Below, piece by piece: positions 15,526 through 24,000 of a stretch of DNA of 24,000 nt (position 1 is the stretch's first letter; every line of letters begins with the position of its first letter). Position numbers and translations under genes: made by a program. This DNA is from Propionibacteriaceae bacterium (GTDB lineage Bacteria; Actinomycetota; Actinomycetes; Propionibacteriales; Propionibacteriaceae): positions 1-24,000 of the forward strand of contig DATFBI010000007.1 of NCBI GenBank assembly GCA_035253925.1, written 5' to 3'. Below the pieces are notes generated by a model. The model did no database searches and was not told the origin of the DNA. It saw only the letters and a list, made by a program, of their open reading frames with translations.

Positions 15526-18500
15526 GTGACCCTGACGGGACTCGTTGATCTTTTCTCCACCGAACCCACCGTCGCCCAGACCATCGCTGATGCGCGCACG
15601 CGTCGACTCTCGGTGCTTGACATCACGGCGCCGGCGCCGATGCGGCCGCTGATTGCTGCCGCGTTGAGCGCCGCGATTGAGCGCGGGGGCGCCGGCCAGC
15701 CAGTGCTGCTGGTTACCTCGACCTTCCGCGAGGCGGAGGAGCTCACCGCGGCGCTGCAGTCTCTGGTCGGCGAGGATGCAGTGGCGTACTACCCAGCCTG
15801 GGAGACGCTGCCGCACGAGCGGCTGAGTCCTCGCTCGGACACGGTGGGACGCCGGCTTGAGTTGTTGCGTCGGCTGGCGGGTAATAGTGATCTTGCTGCG
15901 CCTCAGGTCGTCGTCGCCCCGGTACGCAGCATCCTGCAGCCACAGGTCAAGGGCCTAGGCGAGCTCAAGCCGATTCGCCTCAGGGTCGGCGAGGACATCG
16001 ACCTCAGCGACCTTGCGACCGCCCTAGTTAACGCGGCGTACACCCGCGTCGATCTGGTCGAGCGGCGCGGCGAGTTTGCGGTACGCGGCGGCATTGTCGA
16101 CATCTTCCCGCCGACCGAGGAGCACCCGGTACGCATCGACTTCTTCGGTGACACCGTTGAAGAGATTCGCTACTTCTCCGTCGCCGACCAACGATCGAGC
16201 GACATCGCGCTGACCGAGATCATTGCGTCACCATGCCGGGAGCTGCTGCTGAACGATGAGGTGCGTGCTCGCGCAGCCGCGCTTGCGGAGCAGCATCCCG
16301 AGCTGATCGAGATGCTCGACAAAATCGTTCAAGGTCATCCAGTCGACGGCATGGAGGCACTGTCACCGGCGCTGGTGGACGGCATGGAACTGCTGATCGA
16401 CCTGTTGCCGCCCGATACTCACGTGCTGATCAGCGATCCTGAGCTGGTACGGGGACGGGCGCTCGAGCTGGTTAAGACGAGCGAGGAGTTCCTCCACGCC
16501 TCCTGGGCCGCCGCCGCAGGTGGAGGGAAAGCGCCAATCGATCTCGGCGCATCGGCATATCAGCCGCTCGCCGACGTCCGTGCCGCCGCGCTCGCCCACG
16601 GAATGGCGTGGTGGACGCTATCGCCGTTCAGCGCCGGTCCGGTGGACGAGTCTGTCGCAGGTGGCGGCCGCGTCGACCCCATCCGGACAGATGAGGGTGA
16701 AATCATCGATCTCTCCGACCGGGTCACTGGACCCGGTGTCGAGTCCAGGACAGTGCATGGCCAGGTCGGCGAGACCTATCGGGGTGATACCGAGGCTGCG
16801 ATCAACGAGATCACCAAACGAGTCCGTGACAGCTGGCGAGTGGTCGTAACAGCTGAAGGTCGCGGTACAGCGGATCGGATCATCGAGGTTCTCGGTGAGC
16901 ATGCTGTGCCGGTGCACAGCCCATCGGCGCTCGATGAGCCCCCGCCTGCGAGTCTGGCCACGGTTGTCACCGGACAACTCAGCCACGGTTTTGTGGCCGA
17001 CGAGATCCGGCTCGCGGTCTTCACAGCTACCGATCTGTCCGGTCAGCGTGCCGCCGACCGGGCCAACCGGAAGATGCCGGCCCGGCGCAAGAACCAGATC
17101 GACCCGCTCGAGCTCGTAGCGGGTGATCCGGTCGTGCACAGCCAACACGGGGTCGGCCGCTACGTCGAGATGTCGCAGCGCACTGTGGCCGGAGCGACCC
17201 GAGAGTATCTGGTGATCGAATACGCGCCGTCGAGGCGTGGCCAACCAGGTGATCGGCTCTACGTACCGATGGACTCTCTTGATCAAGTAACCCGATACGT
17301 CGGCGGAGAGAACCCGAGCCTGGACCGGCTAGGCGGTGCAGATTGGGCCAAGCGCAAAGGCCGAGCGCGTCGAGCGGTTCGTGAAATCGCCGCAGAGTTG
17401 ATCAAGCTGTACGCGGCCCGGCAGGCCACTCGCGGTCATGCTTTCTCTCCCGACACCACCTGGCAGCGAGAGCTGGAGGATGCATTCCCTTACGTTGAGA
17501 CCCCTGATCAGCTGGGTGCGATCGAGGACGTGAAGCGTGATATGGAGCAGATCGTGCCGATGGACCGGCTGATCTGCGGGGACGTCGGTTACGGCAAGAC
17601 TGAGATCGCGGTACGCGCCGCATTCAAGGCAGTGCAGGACGGCAAGCAGGTGGCGATCTTGGTCCCCACAACTTTGCTGGTGCAGCAGCACTACGCCACG
17701 TTTGCCGATCGCTATGCCGGCTTCCCCGTCAACGTGGCGCCGCTCAGCCGGTTTGCTACTGAGGCCGAGGCACGGGCAACCATCGAAGGGCTCGGCGATG
17801 GCAGGGTTGATGTCGTCGTCGGTACGCATCGGCTGTTGTCAGATGAGATCACCTTCAAGGACCTGGGCCTAGTCGTGATCGATGAGGAGCAGCGCTTCGG
17901 GGTAGAGCACAAGGAGCAGCTGAAGCGGCTGCGTACCCACGTCGACGTACTGGCCATGTCGGCCACGCCGATCCCACGGACGCTCGAGATGGCGATCACT
18001 GGGATCCGTGAGATGAGCACGATCATGACTCCACCGGAGGAGCGGCATCCGGTACTGACCTTTGCCGGTCCGTACGACGAGGCTCAGGTAAGCGCGGCGA
18101 TCCGGCGCGAACTGCTCCGTGAGGGGCAAATCTTCTTTGTACACAATCGCGTGCAGAGCATCGACAAGGCTGCTCGGCGGATTGCGGACCTAGTGCCGGA
18201 GGCGCGAGTGGTGACCGCACATGGCCAGATGAGCGAGCAGCGACTCGAACAGGTCATGATCGACTTCTGGGAGCGCCGAGCCGATGTACTGGTCTGCACC
18301 ACGATCGTGGAGGCGGGCCTGGATATCTCGACTGCCAACACACTGCTGATTGAACGCTCCGACCTGATGGGACTTTCCCAGCTGCATCAGCTGCGTGGCC
18401 GGGTTGGCCGCGGCCGTGAGCGTGGCTACGCCTACTTCCTCTATCCACCCGACAAGCCGCTGACCGAAACCGCATACGACCGCATTAGCACGATCGCCGC

Positions 18501-19128
18501 GCATAGTGATCTAGGTTCGGGCATGGCTATTGCCATGAAGGATCTGGAGATTCGTGGTGCGGGCAACTTGTTGGGCGGCGAGCAGTCCGGTCACATCGCT
18601 GACGTTGGCTTTGATCTCTACATTCAACTAGTTGGCGAGGCGGTCGCCGAGTTTCGGGGTCATGAGGCCGAGCCAGAGCCAGAAGTCCGCATCGAGCTGC
18701 CGGTCGATGCTCATCTGCCCACCGGCTACATCGAGTCCGAGCGGCTGCGGCTGGAGATGTACAAACGGCTCGCTGAGGTTCGAGCCGAGGCCGACGTCAA
18801 GGCCGTCGAGGCGGAGCTGCATGACCGTTATGGGACGCCGCCGGCCGAGGTTCTCAACCTCATCGAGGTTGCCAGATTCCGCTTGCTCGCACGCTCTGTA
18901 GGACTGACTGAGATTGTTGGACAGGGTCGATTCATCCGCTTCGCGCGCGCGCATCTTCCGGAGTCACGAGTGCTCCGGCTGCATCGCCTCTATCCGGGCA
19001 GTGTGGTCAAGGACGCCGTCGGCTCTGTGCTGGTGCCACGCCCCGCGAACTCCGCCGGACCACTTACGGACATCGACTTGCTGCGCTGGGGGTCCGAGCT
19101 GATCAAAGAGATCTTTCTCCAACTCTGA
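15526..19128 (+). CDS. mfd: Transcription-repair coupling factor
   Basis: The 1200-aa product has the N-terminal UvrB-homology region (YPAWETLPHERLSP), a CarD/RNAP-interacting region, and superfamily-2 helicase motifs GDVGYGKTE, DEEQRFG and QLRGRVGR. GTG is the first start after the in-frame stop at 15514-16. No Shine-Dalgarno is present. Confidence 0.95.
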   Translation: MTLTGLVDLFSTEPTVAQTIADARTRRLSVLDITAPAPMRPLIAAALSAAIERGGAGQPVLLVTSTFREAEELTAALQSLVGEDAVAYYPAWETLPHERLSPRSDTVGRRLELLRRLAGNSDLAAPQVVVAPVRSILQPQVKGLGELKPIRLRVGEDIDLSDLATALVNAAYTRVDLVERRGEFAVRGGIVDIFPPTEEHPVRIDFFGDTVEEIRYFSVADQRSSDIALTEIIASPCRELLLNDEVRARAAALAEQHPELIEMLDKIVQGHPVDGMEALSPALVDGMELLIDLLPPDTHVLISDPELVRGRALELVKTSEEFLHASWAAAAGGGKAPIDLGASAYQPLADVRAAALAHGMAWWTLSPFSAGPVDESVAGGGRVDPIRTDEGEIIDLSDRVTGPGVESRTVHGQVGETYRGDTEAAINEITKRVRDSWRVVVTAEGRGTADRIIEVLGEHAVPVHSPSALDEPPPASLATVVTGQLSHGFVADEIRLAVFTATDLSGQRAADRANRKMPARRKNQIDPLELVAGDPVVHSQHGVGRYVEMSQRTVAGATREYLVIEYAPSRRGQPGDRLYVPMDSLDQVTRYVGGENPSLDRLGGADWAKRKGRARRAVREIAAELIKLYAARQATRGHAFSPDTTWQRELEDAFPYVETPDQLGAIEDVKRDMEQIVPMDRLICGDVGYGKTEIAVRAAFKAVQDGKQVAILVPTTLLVQQHYATFADRYAGFPVNVAPLSRFATEAEARATIEGLGDGRVDVVVGTHRLLSDEITFKDLGLVVIDEEQRFGVEHKEQLKRLRTHVDVLAMSATPIPRTLEMAITGIREMSTIMTPPEERHPVLTFAGPYDEAQVSAAIRRELLREGQIFFVHNRVQSIDKAARRIADLVPEARVVTAHGQMSEQRLEQVMIDFWERRADVLVCTTIVEAGLDISTANTLLIERSDLMGLSQLHQLRGRVGRGRERGYAYFLYPPDKPLTETAYDRISTIAAHSDLGSGMAIAMKDLEIRGAGNLLGGEQSGHIADVGFDLYIQLVGEAVAEFRGHEAEPEPEVRIELPVDAHLPTGYIESERLRLEMYKRLAEVRAEADVKAVEAELHDRYGTPPAEVLNLIEVARFRLLARSVGLTEIVGQGRFIRFARAHLPESRVLRLHRLYPGSVVKDAVGSVLVPRPANSAGPLTDIDLLRWGSELIKEIFLQL

Positions 19129-19212
19129 CAGGTACGTTTCGCAGCACAGACGTTAAAACGGCCGGCTTCGGGGCCATTGACGGGTACGTTTCGCAGCACA
19201 GGCGTCAAAGCG
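19127..19212 (+). repeat. Two 34-nt direct repeats (30/34 identical) with 52-nt period
   Basis: R1 is 19127-19160, GACAGGTACGTTTCGCAGCACAGACGTTAAAACG. R2 is 19179-19212, GACGGGTACGTTTCGCAGCACAGGCGTCAAAGCG. R1 overlaps the mfd stop codon. A GC-rich imperfect hairpin (19160-19175) lies between them. Confidence 0.85.
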
Positions 19213-19344
19213 TCCCCACTATGGGAATCAAGCCCGCCTCCGACGAATCCGGGGCCTTCGCGCAGCTGTCGTAGGATCTCCTGTCGTAGTCGTTTCCCGG
19301 TACGCGCGATGCGCGGACGGGAAGGTCGTCGCAGAGGATGGTGC

Positions 19345-19890
19345 ATGAGTCTTTCCGCTCATCGCAGTTGGCGCGCCGTACGAGCCGTGGTGCTTGCCGG
19401 CGTCGTGTTGCTTACCCTGCTTACGGCCGGTTGCGCTAGACAGGACCCCAGCGTTGTGGCGTATGTGGGGAACTCCAAGATCACTCAGCAACAGGTGGAC
19501 GACGCCCTCGAAGGCGTGTCCAGCATCTTGCAAGAGGGCCAGTCGGTGTCCCGCCCGGCGATCGTCAACGCCATGATTCACGGCCTCATTGCGCAGGATC
19601 TGGCCGCCGCCAACAACATCGCGATCACTGATGGCGATCGCGACGCGTTGATCAAAAACAGCAATCTTGCCGCCCTACTCAATGTGCCGAAGGGACGACC
19701 CATCGCCTACGACGTTGCCGATCAGCAGATCGTCTCCCAGAAGCTGGGCAGCGAGGCATACCTAGCCGCTGTCGCCAAGCAGCAGGTGACCCTCAATCCG
19801 CGCTTCGGTGTGCTGGATCCGAATCAGAAAACGATCATCACCGATAAGTCTGCCGCGCTGGCTAAGCCGATGCCCAGTCCGACCCCGTAG
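19345..19890 (+). CDS. Lipoprotein, SurA N-terminal-domain-like (putative chaperone-like)
   Basis: ATG 19345 has a GAGGA Shine-Dalgarno about 7 nt upstream. The signal peptide carries a lipobox (LLTAGC). The mature part loosely resembles SurA_N-type domains, which is a low-certainty functional call. The upstream part of the 237-aa track ORF is Arg/Pro-rich junk across the repeats. Confidence 0.65.
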   Translation: MSLSAHRSWRAVRAVVLAGVVLLTLLTAGCARQDPSVVAYVGNSKITQQQVDDALEGVSSILQEGQSVSRPAIVNAMIHGLIAQDLAAANNIAITDGDRDALIKNSNLAALLNVPKGRPIAYDVADQQIVSQKLGSEAYLAAVAKQQVTLNPRFGVLDPNQKTIITDKSAALAKPMPSPTP

Positions 19891-19896
19891 TGCCGC

Positions 19897-20535
19897 GTGC
19901 CGGTACCCGAATTTGAGCGACTGGTCGAGGTTATGGCGCGGCTGCGCCAGGAATGCCCCTGGGATGCTCAGCAGACTCATCGGTCGCTGGTGCAATACCT
20001 GATCGAGGAAACCGCTGAAACCATCGAGGCCATCGAGATCGCTGATGTAGATCATCTTCGCGAAGAGCTGGGTGATCTGTTGCTGCAGGTGATCTTCCAC
20101 GCTCAGATTGCCAGTGAGCAGACACCTGGTTTCACGGTGGAGGACGTTGCTCGGGGAATCGCCGACAAACTCATCTGGCGGCACCCCTACGTTTTCGCGA
20201 GCGCTGACGTGCCCAGCGATCTGCACTTCACCTGGGAGCAGCGCAAAGCAGCAGAAAAGGGCCGTACCTCCGCCCTGCAAGGCATCCCGGATCAGCTCTC
20301 AGCCTTGGCTCGGGCGAACAAGATCATCAGCAGAGTACGGTCACGGCGCGTGGCGGTGGCCTTGCCCGACGACTCAACGACTGCTGAGGAGGTGGGTGCG
20401 CAGTTGCTTGCTACGGCAGCTCGGGCTCACGCCGCCGGGATCGACCCTGATCAGGCGCTTCGCGACGCGGTACGCCTTCTGGAAGCGCGCGTGCGCGACG
20501 CCGAGTCGGCGCCCAACGATTCGACTCCGGCTTAG
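19897..20535 (+). CDS. mazG: Nucleoside triphosphate pyrophosphohydrolase MazG
   Basis: The MazG core is present: CPWDAQQTHRSLVQYLIEETAETIEAIE...EELGDLLLQVIFHAQIA. The position after mfd matches Rv1020-Rv1021. GTG lies 6 nt after the lipoprotein stop. Confidence 0.88.
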   Translation: MPVPEFERLVEVMARLRQECPWDAQQTHRSLVQYLIEETAETIEAIEIADVDHLREELGDLLLQVIFHAQIASEQTPGFTVEDVARGIADKLIWRHPYVFASADVPSDLHFTWEQRKAAEKGRTSALQGIPDQLSALARANKIISRVRSRRVAVALPDDSTTAEEVGAQLLATAARAHAAGIDPDQALRDAVRLLEARVRDAESAPNDSTPA

Positions 20536-20552
20536 CAACCGTCGCCTATTCT

Positions 20553-22630
<2,078 letters not shown>

Positions 22631-23236
22631 GTGCCAGCCGGTCGACCGCCCACCTCACGTCCAGGTGCAGGTCCTGGGCGCGGAAAGCCGCGTGCTCGTA
22701 CGCAGGCACGCAAACCCTCCTCCGCGGCGCGTGAATCTCATGGCGGGGCTGCTGCTGGAGAGGAAGCAGCGGCTACGCCGCGGCGTCGCGGATACGGGTT
22801 GACCGCACGGGCCATTGCCCTAGCTGTCGTGCTGCTGATCTTGACTATCTCGTACGCGACGTCGTTGCGGATCTACTTCTCCCAGGCCCATGAGATCTCG
22901 GCGACCAAAGCCGAGATTGCCGAGCGCCAGCAGCGGATTCGTGATCTTCAGGGTGAGTTGGCCCGATGGGATGACGAGGCCTACGTACGGACCCAAGCCA
23001 GGGACCGGCTGGGTTGGGTGGTGCCTGGGGAAACTGGCTACACGGTCGTAGATGCTGCCGGCAACCCGCTCGGGGGTGGCGCCAAGATCAGCGCCGAGGC
23101 GGCGCCGGAGCAACAGCCGCACGATTCTTGGTGGTCCAAGTTGTGGGGCTCGGTAGAGGCTGCCGATCGGCCGGCGCCAGTCAAGCCCCCTGTCAAGGAC
23201 GAAACCATTACCGTCAAGACCAAGCCAAACCGCTAA
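22631..23236 (+). CDS. ftsB: Septum formation initiator family protein (FtsB/DivIC; Rv1024-like)
   Basis: It has a basic Arg/Pro-rich N-terminus, a single TM helix ([16 protein letters not shown]), a coiled-coil segment and the C-terminal [22 protein letters not shown]. The GTG immediately follows the eno stop. Confidence 0.8.
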   Translation: MPAGRPPTSRPGAGPGRGKPRARTQARKPSSAARESHGGAAAGEEAAATPRRRGYGLTARAIALAVVLLILTISYATSLRIYFSQAHEISATKAEIAERQQRIRDLQGELARWDDEAYVRTQARDRLGWVVPGETGYTVVDAAGNPLGGGAKISAEAAPEQQPHDSWWSKLWGSVEAADRPAPVKPPVKDETITVKTKPNR

Positions 23237-23237
23237 G

Positions 23238-24000
23238 TCACTCGTGGGCCGCTAGGAACGCATCGACCGCTGCAGCAGTGGGCAGGCTTGGACTTGCTCC
23301 ACGGACCGCGACCGCCAAGGCGCCGGCGGCAAGGCCGCGGCGGAGCGCCTCTGGAAGTGAGGTGCCGCGCGCCAGGCTGGCGCCGAGTGCGCCAGAGAAA
23401 GCGTCACCCGCGGCTGTGGTGTCTACCGGAGTTGCTGGGAAGGCTGGATACTCAGCGACCCCATCGGGGCCGATGAGGAGGGCGCCCCGCTCGCCTAACG
23501 TGATGATCGCAATCGCGACACCTTGATCAAAGAGCCAGCGGGCCGCCTGCTCAGCTGAGCGGCGATCGGTCACAGGTATGCCGGTCAGTACCTCTGCCTC
23601 GAGTTCGTTCGGCTTGAGGACGGAGACCCCACGCCATACTGCAGGGGGAATGGGTTGAGCAGGCGCGGGATCCAATACCAGTCCCATATCGCACGCCTGA
23701 CAAACCTCGGCTATCCGCTGCACGACCGTCAGGGGAATCTCCAGTTGCACTAGGACGATCGAGACACGATCCTGCAGATCTCTTAAAGAGGCCTCGGCAT
23801 CGTCAGCAGTCAGGCGGTAGTTAGCGTTGGGAATGATCATGATGTCGTTCTGTCCAGAGACTTCATCGACGCGAATGTGCGCGATGCCCGTGGCTCCGTC
23901 GAGGCTGCGGACGCCTGTGACGTCGACGCCCTCGGCCGCCAGTGCAGCCAACGTCACCTCACGGAACATGTCCTGTCCTACCGCACCGATCATGTACGTC
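23238..24000 (-). CDS. rbsK: Ribokinase (PfkB family carbohydrate kinase), 5' end outside the window
   Basis: Motifs VLVQLEIP, ITLGERGA and VDTTAAGDAFSGAL match the ribokinase/PfkB anion-hole and catalytic signature. The frame stays open to base 24000, and the residues before the Met at 23993 continue the family pattern. The gene is convergent with ftsB, with 1 nt between the stops. Confidence 0.8.
   Translation of the reverse strand, partial: TYMIGAVGQDMFREVTLAALAAEGVDVTGVRSLDGATGIAHIRVDEVSGQNDIMIIPNANYRLTADDAEASLRDLQDRVSIVLVQLEIPLTVVQRIAEVCQACDMGLVLDPAPAQPIPPAVWRGVSVLKPNELEAEVLTGIPVTDRRSAEQAARWLFDQGVAIAIITLGERGALLIGPDGVAEYPAFPATPVDTTAAGDAFSGALGASLARGTSLPEALRRGLAAGALAVAVRGASPSLPTAAAVDAFLAAHE

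Noticed and set aside
19177-19344. Upstream part of the 237-aa ORF preceding the lipoprotein
   Set aside because: It is an Arg/Pro-rich translation of the direct-repeat region. The internal ATG 19345 has a Shine-Dalgarno and yields a textbook lipoprotein signal peptide.

Overview
High-GC (roughly 60-65% by eye) actinobacterial core-chromosome segment. It holds about 21 CDS, one tRNA and one decayed gene. Gene order matches the conserved block known from Mycobacterium tuberculosis Rv1002c-Rv1024: pmt, divergent rsmI-tatD, rpfB-ksgA(rsmA)-ispE, tRNA-Gln, glmU-prs, rplY(L25/Ctc)-pth, mfd, mazG, eno and ftsB/divIC. Lineage-variable genes are interspersed: a GT2 remnant with a NodB deacetylase, a nitroreductase, an MFS-MarR pair, a SurA-N-like lipoprotein, a PPQNY-repeat membrane protein and a ribokinase. 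I see no CRISPR array, IS or transposase, prophage, toxin-antitoxin pair or recognisable defence or secretion cluster, and I cannot support a novel multi-gene system here. The non-standard signal is all non-coding or small-scale. (1) A ~121-nt intergenic repeat family punctuated by GCGAGC motifs has four copies and one mini-copy; each full or partial copy starts 11-16 nt after a stop codon and carries a hairpin whose stem covaries between copies. (2) The pth-mfd spacer is packed with nested, mutually exclusive inverted repeats and contains a 36-codon Cys-containing uORF ending in a GTGA overlap with the mfd start. (3) Two 34-nt direct repeats sit 52 nt apart just after mfd. (4) The GT2 gene is frameshifted and 3'-truncated. 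(5) A membrane protein has six PPQN[Y/F] repeats encoded with synonymous variation. (6) The tRNA-Gln(UUG) has an unusually long 9-nt variable region. All folds, alignments and counts were done by hand and need computational confirmation.
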